From contig CAXXLZ010000002.1 of the NCBI GenBank assembly GCA_963675595.2, positions 320,001-384,000 of the forward strand: DNA of 64,000 nt. Reading direction: 5' to 3'. A model generated the notes under the pieces. It was not told the DNA's origin and made no database searches. It was given only the letters and a program-made list of their open reading frames with translations. The position numbers and the translations under genes are program-made. This DNA is from Thermodesulfobacteriota bacterium (GTDB lineage Bacteria > Desulfobacterota > Desulfarculia > JACQYL01). Positions 1 through 9,919 of this stretch are shown in pieces. Within the stretch, counting starts at the first letter, position 1, and every line of letters begins with the position of its first letter.

Positions 1-190
1 CTAGAAAGAGGCAGCTCCGCGACGAACCAAGTCCGGCGGTAACCAACCCGCGAATATCAGCATGATCCACCGTCGCTATGCAGGTTCCGCCTCTGTCCGC
101 AGGTTGAAGTTCCATAAATGGTAGCCATACCCCAACGTTACAAGGGGCGGAAGAATTCTGCGCCCTATTGACGTGTGCAGCCATATCATC

Positions 191-337
191 AGGCTGCAGG
201 AAAACGCGACTTGCGGCGTTGCGCTTCATCCCTTGTCACTGCGACGTACTCTATGTACGTCTCATTCCTCGGGATTTGCACGCCTTGCATGTCATCGTTT
301 TTCACCGACCTGTAATAACCGGCCTTTTTCAACGGGC
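191..337 (+). repeat. Repeat family B copy (MITE-like; AGGCTG..GAAAA / TTTTTCAACGGGC ends)
   Basis: Near-identical to 58023-58169 and to the reverse complements at 2194-2337, 19292-19413 and 22595-22742; core gcggcgttgcgcttcatcc..gtcactgcgacgtac..gtacg.ctcattcctc. Confidence 0.85.
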
Positions 338-782
338 GGATAGTGAATCATATCCTCCGTCCGGCCGTCGGCCCGTTTCCATGAGTGATGAACAAGTTGA
401 TTCGAGGACTCCCAAGGTCCCCATCCGTTTGTTTCGAAACATTTGGGACAACCACCGGCCCCGCCGCCGCCGATATTCGGACTGTCCACATTCCGAACCC
501 CTTGTCTCACCAGGTATTTCTTCAATCATAAGACACTCTTTCGAAGGCCTCGGTCCGAGAGCATCGTACGGAGGTACGAGGGAAGAAAAGCACGCACAAA
601 TCCGTTTCGTACTGTCCCGTTTTTTTCTCTTCACTATTTCCCAAAGACGTTGTAGTCTGCAACAATTTGCAACGATCCCACTGCCCGGTTTTTTCGTTTG
701 ACTTTTGGTCGCACACTCTTTAGACGTTATTACGCGCGTGTGATATTCGTCCTGAAAGACTTCTCCTGCGGAGGAATCCAAT

Positions 783-1745
783 ATGATCAACCGGAAGAAT
801 TGGAAAGCGATCGGGCTGTTGTTGTTTCTGTTTCTCTCACTGGTTTCGTCTCCCTTGTGGGCATCAACCGAAGGACCGGCCGTTCCCACTACCGAATCCG
901 ACGTGGCTTGGTGGGTTTGGCCGTTGGTCTTGTTCTTTTTCTGTTTCATCCTCGGAATCATCGCCGTGTTGGCCGGGGTGGGAGGCGGCGTCCTTTACGT
1001 CCCTCTGGTCAGCGGCTTTTTTCCCTTTCATCTTGACTTCGTCAGGGGCGCGGGCCTCTTGGTGGCTCTGGCCGGGGCTTTGGCGGCCGGCCCGGGTTTA
1101 CTGAAACGCAACTTGGCGAGTCTACGGCTGGCGCTTCCCGTGGCCCTCATCGCCTCGTCCTGCGCCATTGTCGGGGCCATGCTGGGTCTGGCTCTTCCCA
1201 CGCATATCATTCAAATCTGTCTTGGAGGGACGATCATCGGAATCACCGCGCTCCTTTTCTTCTCCAAGAACGTGGAGCGTCCCACCGTCACCAAACAGGA
1301 CGCCGTGGGAGCCGCCTTGGGAATGCAGGGGATCTACACGGAAGCATCTTCGGGCGAAAACGTGGAGTGGAAGACCCATCGGACCCTCACGGGCCTGATC
1401 CTTTTCATCGTCATCGGCGTGATGGCCGGTATGTTCGGGCTGGGCGCCGGCTGGGCCAACGTACCCGTACTCAATCTCCTCATGGGAGCTCCGCTGAAGA
1501 TCGGCGTGGGGACCAGTAAGTTCCTGCTCTCCATTACCGACACCTCGGCGGCTTGGGTCTATCTCAACCAAGGTTGCGTTATTCCCCTCATCGCCATCCC
1601 CTCCATTGTGGGTCTGATGTTGGGCTCCTTCATGGGAGTACGTATTCTTGCAGTGGCCAAACCCAAGATTATCCGCTATCTCGTTATCGTTACTCTGCTG
1701 TTCGCCGGAACCAAGGCATTGCTCAAAGGCCTCGGAATAGGCTGA
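783..1745 (+). CDS. Sulfite exporter TauE/SafE (TSUP) family membrane protein
   Basis: Signal-like N-terminus, two Gly-rich TSUP repeats (LAGVGGGVLYVP; MFGLGAGWANVP), multiple TM helices, GGAGG RBS. Confidence 0.85.
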   Translation: MINRKNWKAIGLLLFLFLSLVSSPLWASTEGPAVPTTESDVAWWVWPLVLFFFCFILGIIAVLAGVGGGVLYVPLVSGFFPFHLDFVRGAGLLVALAGALAAGPGLLKRNLASLRLALPVALIASSCAIVGAMLGLALPTHIIQICLGGTIIGITALLFFSKNVERPTVTKQDAVGAALGMQGIYTEASSGENVEWKTHRTLTGLILFIVIGVMAGMFGLGAGWANVPVLNLLMGAPLKIGVGTSKFLLSITDTSAAWVYLNQGCVIPLIAIPSIVGLMLGSFMGVRILAVAKPKIIRYLVIVTLLFAGTKALLKGLGIG

Positions 1746-1761
1746 GAAAGGAGATCATCCC

Positions 1762-2190
1762 ATGGCCCAGACTTCATCCGGACCTGTCAAAGCGCCGCCG
1801 GAACAAATAAAATACGCCGACCTTCTCTATTATGGAGCGTGGATCGGTATTTTCCTAATGGCCATCACCTACGCCGTCTATGTTACGGGCATATTGAAAC
1901 CCCTGATTCCTCTGCACGAGGTACCGAACTACTGGTCAATGTCCGTGCACGACTACCTCGCTCAAACCGGTGCGCCCACCGGTTGGGGATGGGCGGCACT
2001 TCTCCATCGAGGCGACTACCTCAACTTTATAGGAATCGCCGTCCTTGCCTTAATGACCATCGTCTGCTATTTTATTCTGATCTCCGCATATTCCAAAAAG
2101 AAGGACACGGCCTACATGGTCATCGCCATCGCGGAGGTGGTCGTTTTGTGCGTCGCCGCTTCGGGACTTCTGGGAGCCGGCGGCCATTAG
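1762..2190 (+). CDS. DUF1634-like membrane protein (TauE partner)
   Basis: 142 aa, 3 TM segments, PTGWGW..L..GDYLNFIGI motif, AAGGAG RBS, directly downstream of TauE. Confidence 0.75.
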   Translation: MAQTSSGPVKAPPEQIKYADLLYYGAWIGIFLMAITYAVYVTGILKPLIPLHEVPNYWSMSVHDYLAQTGAPTGWGWAALLHRGDYLNFIGIAVLALMTIVCYFILISAYSKKKDTAYMVIAIAEVVVLCVAASGLLGAGGH

Positions 2191-2193
2191 AAA

Positions 2194-2337
2194 GCCTTTG
2201 AAAAAGGCCGGTTCCCGCAGGCTGCGGAAAAGCGTTGACATGAAAAGCGCGCAAATCTTCCGGATTAAGACGTACCGAGGTACGTCGCAGTGACGAAAGA
2301 GGAAGCGCGACGCCCCCATCGCATTTTTCAACGGCCT
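2194..2337 (-). repeat. Repeat family B copy (diverged)
   Basis: Reverse-complement similarity to 191-337. Confidence 0.75.
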
Positions 2338-2399
2338 GTCGGACTCTCCCCTCGGAACGCGGTTCCGTACGAGTTGCTTCTTCATCATGAGGTGAATCC

Positions 2400-3242
2400 A
2401 TGAAAGTGCTGGTAGGCGTTGATCAAAGTCCTGAATCCCGTATGGCGCTCCGATACGTTTGTTTCCTGCTCGACCAATTCGATGCCGTGGTGGACGCGGT
2501 TTACGTGAAACCCGATGTTCTGAGCCTCGAATTGGAAGATTTTGAGGTGCCCTTTTTCAAGAAACGCGACCACGCCGACACCATCGAGGCGGATGCGGAA
2601 AAGGTTCAAAAGGAAATCGAAAACGCTTGTGAAGTCTGCCTCGCGGGCAAAGTCCCTTGCGAACCGCGCATCGTCGTCGGCGATCCCGCCGAGGAGCTGC
2701 TCAACACGGCCCAAAACGACGCCGTGGACCTCATCGTCTTGGGCTCCCATGGTCGGTCCGCCCTCAAAGGACTGCTCATGGGGACGATCCATTCCAAGGT
2801 CCTGCATCACGCTTCGCAGCCCGTGCTCATCGTTCGCGAAGTGAGGGAAATCAGGAAGGTGTTGGTGGTATATCGCGCCACGCGGTGTGATCTCGACGCC
2901 TTGACCTTCATTTCCCCTTTGTTCGCTCGGAAGAAACCCGACATCACGGTGCTCCACGTTCAGGAAACAGGCTTGGGGGAAAGCGACGAATTCGCGCAGG
3001 CCTGCCTGCTCAAAGGGGCGGAGGTGCTGGAAGGCTCGGGTCATGCGCCTCAGCGAAAACAGGCTCAAGGCGATTTCCTCGAAGAAACGCTGCGCGAAAT
3101 CGACGGCGGGGATTACGACCTGGTGGTGCTGGGCGCTTACGGACATGATAAGCCCAAAGCCCTGCAAATGATCGGCGACGAAGCCCTGAGCATTGTCAGC
3201 AGGACCAACCGACCCGTACTTGTGTATCGGGACAAGGTATAG
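2400..3242 (+). CDS. Universal stress protein (two Usp domains)
   Basis: MKVLVGVDQS, DLIVLGSHGRSALKGLLMG, second DLVVLGAYG...RPVLV. Confidence 0.9.
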   Translation: MKVLVGVDQSPESRMALRYVCFLLDQFDAVVDAVYVKPDVLSLELEDFEVPFFKKRDHADTIEADAEKVQKEIENACEVCLAGKVPCEPRIVVGDPAEELLNTAQNDAVDLIVLGSHGRSALKGLLMGTIHSKVLHHASQPVLIVREVREIRKVLVVYRATRCDLDALTFISPLFARKKPDITVLHVQETGLGESDEFAQACLLKGAEVLEGSGHAPQRKQAQGDFLEETLREIDGGDYDLVVLGAYGHDKPKALQMIGDEALSIVSRTNRPVLVYRDKV

Positions 3243-3438
3243 ATTCCAGGGCAACCTTGTCCGCAGGGCAAACGCTTACGGCGGGATCCGTCCACCCGCG
3301 GGTGGATCTCCCCCCATTTTTGCGTCTCGGCAGTTCGTACCGTGGGCTCTGCATACCGGATGGAACCACCAACGAAGACCTCCCGATGATGACGGTGGAC
3401 GTGAGCCGGTTCCATCGCGGGAAAGGGCGAGGGATAAA

Positions 3439-3987
3439 ATGGTCTGCCCCTGTTGGGTCGGATATTTTCTTCTGAATCCCCTTCGCAATCTTTTCGAATC
3501 CCCGAACAAGGTCTTTGATTCCTGCATTCGTCCGGGAATGGTCGTGCTCGAACCCGGATGCGGCATGGGATTCTTCACCCTTCCCCTCGCCCGGATGGTC
3601 GGCGAAGCGGGAAAAGTCATCGCAGTGGATATTCAACCCGGGATGCTCGCCCGTTTAAAGAGGCGCGCGGGCCGCGCAGGCCTGACGGATCGAATCCAAC
3701 TTCGGAAAGCGAACGAAAGCGGTCTTAATATAGAAGACCTCCATGGTACGGTGGATTTTGCCGCCGCCATTCACGTGGTCCACGAGACACCGAACCCCGG
3801 GCGGTTCTTCCGGGAAATCTTCGAAACGCTCAGACCGGGGGGTAGGCTGCTGATGATCGAACCCAGAGGCCACGTATCCCGAGGCGACTTCTTCAACTCC
3901 ATGGCCAAAGCGGAAAGTGTCGGCTTCCGGCCGGCAAGTCCTCTGAAGAGCGCCTTTTCCCACCGGGTACTTTTATTTAAGCCTTGA
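3439..3987 (+). CDS. Class I SAM-dependent methyltransferase
   Basis: VLEPGCGMGFFT motif I, VIAVDIQ, LRPGGRLL; ATG 3439 preferred over the ORF-track start. Confidence 0.8.
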   Translation: MVCPCWVGYFLLNPLRNLFESPNKVFDSCIRPGMVVLEPGCGMGFFTLPLARMVGEAGKVIAVDIQPGMLARLKRRAGRAGLTDRIQLRKANESGLNIEDLHGTVDFAAAIHVVHETPNPGRFFREIFETLRPGGRLLMIEPRGHVSRGDFFNSMAKAESVGFRPASPLKSAFSHRVLLFKP

Positions 3988-4426
3988 CCGATCGTCTCGC
4001 CCCTTAACGCTCCCGACTTATCCCTTGATCGTCGGCCCTCACCGCTTCCCGATAATCACCTTGATCGGTGAACTGCTGCGTCGCCCCTGTCCCTGCCACT
4101 CGAGCCAAACGCCGTTAACCATCCACATAGAGGAGCTTCCTTATTTGTTTTCACTCTTCTCTCGCACACGGTGTGAACAAATTCAACAGCCCCCCCCCGT
4201 GAATGCTCACGATTCAGGTTTCCGCTTGACGCTCGGAGGGCGTTTTCAATAGCATAACGCGACACGGGTCATGATGAGGGACCCGGTAACGGCACCTGTT
4301 GCCGTGAGCAGTCGGAGGGGTGTCCGAGGGGACCCTTCCCAATGCCTCAAGGTGTTTCAACAGGTTGGACGTCGGAGGCCGCACGTTTTAGCCGGCTCGG
4401 CAAATGCGAGGAGCGTTGGGAATGAG

Positions 4427-4633
4427 TGAGGCATCCTGATTTCTTCCGCAGCCTCTCCGCCGAAGGCGGTGATGGCTGACCAACATGCTTTGGGAGGAGG
4501 GTCGGGGGAGGACTTTCGGGAAAGTCCTCCCCGTGAAGGCTTACACCCTATTTCGCCCTCAGCCTATCCGCCAAAGGCGGTGGGGCCCGCCTGAAAATGT
4601 TTTGAACGGGGGGGATGCGGGGTGAATGGTTAC
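4427..4633 (+). repeat. Two tandem family A repeats ending in IS66-like termini (gtgaaggcttac at 4544, gtgaatggttac at 4633)
   Basis: cagcct(c/a)tccgcc.aaggcggtg hairpin and ggggaggactttc/gaaagtcctcccc palindrome shared with 7723-7840 and 16494-16611. Confidence 0.75.
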
Positions 4634-4681
4634 CAAAATCCATCCGGCGGAGAACGTCGGGTCGTTGGGAGGCGATGACGG

Positions 4682-5227
4682 ATGGGCAATGCCTATGCTG
4701 ATCGAGACAAGAAATTTTACGGAAGAAGCTACTGGAACCCTTATGTTTGCGGCGTCATCCTCGGGCTGGCGCTTCTTTTCGCGTTCTATACCATGGGCCG
4801 GGGACTGGGTTCTTCCGGGGCTTTCGCCCGCGTCACCGTGGCGGCCACCGAAGTTGTGGCCCCCGAATACACGGCGCAGCATCCTTATCTCCAAAGCTAT
4901 GTCGAGGGAGGCCAAAACCCGCTCAACGACTGGCTCGTGTGGGAAGTCTTCGGAGTGTTGCTGGGAGGCCTGTTCAGCGCCTTTGTGTGGGGCGGCTTTT
5001 CCCGGGAAGTAGCCCGGGGGCCGAACATGGGAAAGAACGGACGGCTCCTGTTGGCTCTCATCGGAGGCATCGTGTCGGGCTGGGCCGCTCGTCTGGCGAG
5101 CGGATGCACCTCCGGCCAGGCATTGACCGGAGGCGCCGAGCTGGCCGCCGGTAGTTGGGTCTTCATGTTCTGCATCTTCGGCGGCGCCTATGCGGCGGCC
5201 TGGTTCTTCAGGAAGGAGTGGCTGTAA
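4682..5227 (+). CDS. YeeE/YedE family sulfur-compound (thiosulfate) transporter, subunit 1
   Basis: YWNPY..G..LG, GRGLGSSG, ARLASGCTSGQAL motif. Confidence 0.85.
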   Translation: MGNAYADRDKKFYGRSYWNPYVCGVILGLALLFAFYTMGRGLGSSGAFARVTVAATEVVAPEYTAQHPYLQSYVEGGQNPLNDWLVWEVFGVLLGGLFSAFVWGGFSREVARGPNMGKNGRLLLALIGGIVSGWAARLASGCTSGQALTGGAELAAGSWVFMFCIFGGAYAAAWFFRKEWL

Positions 5228-6258
5228 TGGGTCCGCTGGCGAAATTAGGTGTTTTCCCCGACTGGTACGGCATGCAACTGGCGGTCCTCACCGGCTTCTT
5301 TTTCGGGCTGGCGCTCCAAAGAGCGGGATTCGCCGATCCGCGAAAACTGGTGAACATCTTCTACCTGCGCGACTTCGCCGTCCTGCGAGTCATGTTCACC
5401 GCCATCGTCACCTGCAGCCTGGGTCTGGGCGTTCTCTGGTCTCTGGGCCTTTACCAAATGGAACTCATGTACATCCTGCCCACTAAGCCGGCCGCTCAGA
5501 TCATCGGAGGCCTGTTGCTGGGGGTCGGGTTCATCGTGGGAGGCTATTGTCCCACCACCAGCGTGGTGGCCGCGGTTACGGGCCGGTTGGACGGACTGGT
5601 CTTTATTTTGGGCATGTGCCTCGGAGTGGTGGGTTTCTACCTGCCTTTCGATTTGTGGCGGGGCCTGTATGAATCCTCCCAAGGCACCATTCTCCTTCCC
5701 CAAGTCCTCGGCGTGGGAAGAGGACTGACCTTGTTGTTCATTTCCGCCATGGCCGTGGGCATGTTCCTGCTGGCCGGGTGGGTGGAAGCCAAGATCAACA
5801 AGGAGGATTTGTTCACCCGGAGCACCGCCGTCACCGCCGGCGCCCTCATCTTGATTTCCGTGGCCCTGGTCCTGGTGCTGGTCAACCCGGACGGTCGTAC
5901 CGTATCGCGCTATGACGCCCAACTGACGGAGCTCAAAGACAAGCTCGACACGGCCAAGGCATCCGGCGTTGCCATGAGCGGAGTCTTGACTCCGGAGGAT
6001 CTCCGGGTCGTGGAGAACCTGGAAACCTACCTGAGCTCCTATGAGAAACCGAAAACCTATCGATTTACGGAAATGAGAGAAGCGGCCCGCCAAATCCACA
6101 TGGCGGAACCCGTGGTGAATTATCTGGTCGAATCGGTGCGGCACGCATTGCCCATGCCGCGAGCCTCCGGCCCGGCGCCCGTCGCCCCCGCTCCCCAAGC
6201 GGTAAAAGCGCCGCCCAAACCCAAAGGCTTCGTCATTATGGACGACGAGGGCTGCTGA
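5227..6258 (+). CDS. YeeE/YedE family transporter subunit 2 with soluble C-terminal extension ending DDEGC
   Basis: FFFGLALQRAGF, FYLRDFAVLRVMFTAI, GGYCPTT; TAATG stop/start overlap with the upstream gene. Confidence 0.85.
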   Translation: MGPLAKLGVFPDWYGMQLAVLTGFFFGLALQRAGFADPRKLVNIFYLRDFAVLRVMFTAIVTCSLGLGVLWSLGLYQMELMYILPTKPAAQIIGGLLLGVGFIVGGYCPTTSVVAAVTGRLDGLVFILGMCLGVVGFYLPFDLWRGLYESSQGTILLPQVLGVGRGLTLLFISAMAVGMFLLAGWVEAKINKEDLFTRSTAVTAGALILISVALVLVLVNPDGRTVSRYDAQLTELKDKLDTAKASGVAMSGVLTPEDLRVVENLETYLSSYEKPKTYRFTEMREAARQIHMAEPVVNYLVESVRHALPMPRASGPAPVAPAPQAVKAPPKPKGFVIMDDEGC

Positions 6259-6477
6259 AGCCTCCCGGCCTTTGTGATCCCCCCCGACAACCTTCGAGTC
6301 GGTTCGGTGCCGCCTCAGAGGAACGATCCGGTTCCTCTCGCAGGCGGTCGCCCGAACTCGGCTCGCGGTTATTCATGCAGCGCGTTGTGCTTGTTTTCTC
6401 AACCTTCCGGCGAGGCCCACCGCCCCGCCTGGAAGGCGTTTCGACGGCAATCTACAAATAACGGAAAGGTATTTAGC

Positions 6478-7656
6478 ATGAGAGAAGCGGTTATCGTCAG
6501 CGCAGCAAGAACCCCCCTGGGCAGCTTCGGCGGTTCCCTCAGCACCGTGGGCGCCACTCAATTGGGAGCCTACGCCATTCAGGAAGTCATCAAACGAGCC
6601 GGAATTACCGGAGAGGACGTGGACGAAGTGCTCATGGGACAGGTGCTCCCGTGCGGTTACGGGCAGAATCCCGCCAAGCAGGCCGCGGTCCTGGCCGGAC
6701 TCCCGTGGAAGGCCGAATGCATCACGGTAAACAAGGTTTGCGGGTCCGCCCTCAAGACGGTCATGCTTGCGGCTCAGGCCATCCAGGTGGGCGATGCGGA
6801 CGTCGTGGTGGCGGGAGGCATGGAGAACATGAGTATGGCTCCCTACTACCTGGAAAAGGCCCGTTACGGGTATCGCATGGGTCCGGGCGTGCTCCAGGAT
6901 CACATGGTCCACGACGGCCTGTGGGACATCGTGAACGATTTCCACATGGGCATGTCCAATGAGCATTGCTCGGAGAAGTACGGCGTAACCAGGGAAGACC
7001 AGGACCGATACGCTGCCGAATCCTATCGCAGAACCATGGCCTCCCTGGCCGAAGGCCGTTTCAATGAGGAAACCTTTCCCGTGTCCGTGCCCGGCAAAAA
7101 GGGAAAGACCCTCGTATTCGAAAAAGACGAGTGCGCCCAGGACACGCCCTATGAGACCTTGGCCGCCATGAAACCGGCCTTTCAGAAGGACGGAGTGGGA
7201 ACCGCCGGCAACGCCTCGATCATCAGCGACGGCGCGGCCGCCGTGGTGGTGATGTCGCGGGAAAAGGCGGAAGCCCTGGGATGCCCCATCATGGCCACCG
7301 TGGGAGCGCAGGCCTCCTACGCCATCGAAATGAAATACGTGCTGGTGGCCCCCATTTGGGCCGTGCCCAAGGTGCTGAAGAAGGAAGGCGTGGGCCTGGA
7401 CGACGTGGACCTTTTCGAAATCAATGAAGCGTTCAGCGGGTCCACCATGGCCGTGTTGAAAGAACTGAAACTCGATACGAACAAGGTCAACGTGAACGGC
7501 GGCAGCGTGTCCCTGGGACACCCCATCGGGGCCAGCGGCTGCCGCGTTCTGGTCACCCTGCTTTACGAAATGATTCGACGCGACGCCAAGCGCGGCTTGG
7601 CTTCCCTGTGCCTGGGCGGCGGTGAAGCGGTCGCCCTGGTGGTCCGAAGAAGCTGA
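6478..7656 (+). CDS. Acetyl-CoA C-acetyltransferase (thiolase)
   Basis: VNKVCGS, FEINEAF, GHPIGASG, SLCLGGG motifs. Confidence 0.95.
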   Translation: MREAVIVSAARTPLGSFGGSLSTVGATQLGAYAIQEVIKRAGITGEDVDEVLMGQVLPCGYGQNPAKQAAVLAGLPWKAECITVNKVCGSALKTVMLAAQAIQVGDADVVVAGGMENMSMAPYYLEKARYGYRMGPGVLQDHMVHDGLWDIVNDFHMGMSNEHCSEKYGVTREDQDRYAAESYRRTMASLAEGRFNEETFPVSVPGKKGKTLVFEKDECAQDTPYETLAAMKPAFQKDGVGTAGNASIISDGAAAVVVMSREKAEALGCPIMATVGAQASYAIEMKYVLVAPIWAVPKVLKKEGVGLDDVDLFEINEAFSGSTMAVLKELKLDTNKVNVNGGSVSLGHPIGASGCRVLVTLLYEMIRRDAKRGLASLCLGGGEAVALVVRRS

Positions 7657-7722
7657 TCCCGCCCTTTCATCCACGGATATGCGAGGGAACCCTTTTTAAA
7701 GAAAGGGCTCCCTTCCTTTCCT

Positions 7723-7840
7723 GTAGCATTCACGGGGGAGGACTTTCGAGAAAGTCCTCCCCCGCACCCCCTCCCCAAGCACCTTGGACGGGCCTCACCG
7801 CCTTCGGCGGAGAGGCTGAGGTAGAAATCGGGTTTCCTCA
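7723..7840 (-). repeat. Family A repeat (IS66-like end plus two hairpins, other end TGAGGAAACCC)
   Basis: gtagcattcacggggg...ggcctcaccgccttcggcggagaggctgagg...ggtttcctca. Confidence 0.8.
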
Positions 7841-8089
7841 CTCATTCCCAGCGTTTTTCACCTCTGCTGAACCCGCAAAGAGTATGCAATCACAGTGCAA
7901 AGTCCGATTCCCCGGCTCGGCAAACACTTTTCCATCCCTCCGCCGAACCGTCGGATATCTCTCGCTGGTTCGATCCGGTGCCCGGCGGACCGGGACAGGC
8001 TTGGCCGTACGATTGTCTCCGCCTCCGTGCCGAGCTGGGGCTCGGCGCTCCCAGGACGAAACCAACCATCCTGTGATCGTGCACGATAG

Positions 8090-8307
8090 GGACTCATTCA
8101 CGGGGGGGGAACTCATTTATTGTAGGGGCGGGCCACAGTTCCAAACTTTTTAAGCATTTTACTATGTTGAACGGGCGCATGCCGCTTGCTTTGGGAATCG
8201 CGTACGCGATTCGCAACAACGCAACGGGGGTCCGGGGGGGCATTGCTCCCCCGGCAGGGGGTGCAGGGGGACGGGGTCCCCCTGCCGCAAACCCCGTGAA
8301 TACTGAA
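8090..8307. repeat. Composite MITE-like element (cattcacgggg ... ccccgtgaat ends; REP half-site plus family C body)
   Basis: Body similar to 15240-15408 (gaatcgcgtacgcgattc palindrome, G/C hairpins). Confidence 0.75.
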
Positions 8308-8456
8308 TTGGTTCATCCCGCCTCGAATTCATCGATTTGTCACAATTGCCTCATAATTTGTTCACAACACGAGATTAAATAGTGCGCAACGTCAAACACG
8401 GCAAAACGTGGGTAAGCAATAAGCAGGTTGAAACAAATCGTTGGAGGTGGTTCGCC

Positions 8457-8828
8457 ATGCACCATTACGTGCACGACATTCCCGGCAGGTTGAGAGTAAG
8501 ACTGGAGGGGCTAAGAGGGAATGATCGTGAAGCTCAAGGAATCATCAGCCGCATCAGCACGTTGCAGGGTGTGAACAAAGTGAGTTTCAACTCCCTCACC
8601 GGGAGTTTCACCGTCAAATACGAACCCCGCCTCATCGCCTCTCGGCAAATCAAAGACCTTCTCTCCCAAACCGGTCACTTCGACGCCGGCAAGGTCATGT
8701 CCAACGACAAGTACATCGAGAACGCCGCGGCTTCGGCGACCCAGACCGTGAGTCGCTTCCTGTTCGGATTCGCCGTGGATCGCGCCTTCGCCGGAACCGG
8801 ACTTTCCTTTCTCACCGCCCTGCTGTAG
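8457..8828 (+). CDS. HMA2-like protein with Arg-rich H..PGRLR motif (Fez-like)
   Basis: MHHYVHDIPGRLRVR, N.LTGSFTVKY, GGAGG RBS. Confidence 0.75.
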   Translation: MHHYVHDIPGRLRVRLEGLRGNDREAQGIISRISTLQGVNKVSFNSLTGSFTVKYEPRLIASRQIKDLLSQTGHFDAGKVMSNDKYIENAAASATQTVSRFLFGFAVDRAFAGTGLSFLTALL

Positions 8829-8975
8829 CGGTCCGCCGAAAAACGCCATCCGTCCGCCCGAGACGGGCCATAAAGAATTTCATTTTCAGCATAAATCTTC
8901 AGCGGAACCAAGGCGTTTCCGCTGTTTTTATTTTTCCTCACCCCCGCGCCACGTTTCCTGGAAAACCGAACTGCT

Positions 8976-9097
8976 GTAATTATTTGTATTTGCTGGGGGA
9001 AACTTTCGAGAAAGTTTTCCCCGGTCCCCTTTCAAAGCAACCTGAGCAGGCCTCACCGCCTCCGGCGGAGAGGTGGAGAAAGATATCGGTTTCCTCA
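8976..9097 (-). repeat. Family A repeat (diverged)
   Basis: ggggaaactttcgagaaagttttcccc; ggcctcaccgcctccggcggagagg; ggtttcctca end. Confidence 0.75.
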
Positions 9098-9919
9098 CCC
9101 ATCTCCAAGGTCCCCCGCGTCTCATACATCGGCAAGAAAGCGCACTGCTTCGGAGTGGAGCCTCCGCTTTGCGGAAAATCAAGCCGGTCCTGATCGGATA
9201 AGTCCGCTTGGTGTCTGGCTTCAGGCCACAAGGATGCGACACATGCTTTTGATCGAGCACTTGGACGAATTTTCTGGTTCAAGCAAAATACCTCTTGTAA
9301 AATGGGAAAACGAGTCGCAGCCCTACATGCCGGATCGGAACGAGGTCTTTCTGAGATTCACTCCGTACGGAACGAGAGCGGGTTGAAGCAGGGAGTTTGA
9401 GGAATCTTTCAAAGGTATGGCAAATGGGTTGAACATTGGGCGTCGTGTGGAGGCTGTACCGGATATGATATTCGGGTACGTTTCATACATGTTGATCACA
9501 CAAACCTGTCGGTTTCGAGGCCGACCGATCTTTTTCACCTTTTTCCGGCGCCGTTGATGCCCATGACGGGGATTTGTGGTTCATATGTTATATTTGACCG
9601 AAGTTTTCTCAAGCATAATGCATCTCGTAGTGAACTTAGAGCTAATCACATTTGCAGGTAGTAATAGCTAACCACTCGCTTCCCGCGTGATTTACCATAT
9701 TTAAAAGCATTCAACGCGAAGTATTGTCGTCGTCTTTGTAAGGCACTTTTTCTATGATGACGATTTTTGAGACTTGTAACAGAACCTATAAACAGGTGCT
9801 CCACCTGGAACTATATAGTAACAAGTCATGCTTTAAACACACTATAAGCACTTCAAGCTCTAATAAGGCAACAATTGCACACTTTACATTTCCACTTCAA
9901 TACCCTATGGAGGGTCGAT

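Noticed and set aside
1-190. Possible partial gene at the window start
   Set aside because: Short translations unrecognisable; only a small hairpin at 143-167
6256-6477. YeeE TGA stop after Cys is in frame with an open stretch into the thiolase (possible selenocysteine read-through or fusion)
   Set aside because: The long hairpin (6295-6365) starts too far from the UGA for a bacterial SECIS, the intervening translation looks non-protein-like, and the thiolase has its own typical start
9100-9900. Short ORFs in the AT-rich stretch before the NDT gene
   Set aside because: No recognisable motifs and several stops in each frame; possibly a relic, but not supportable
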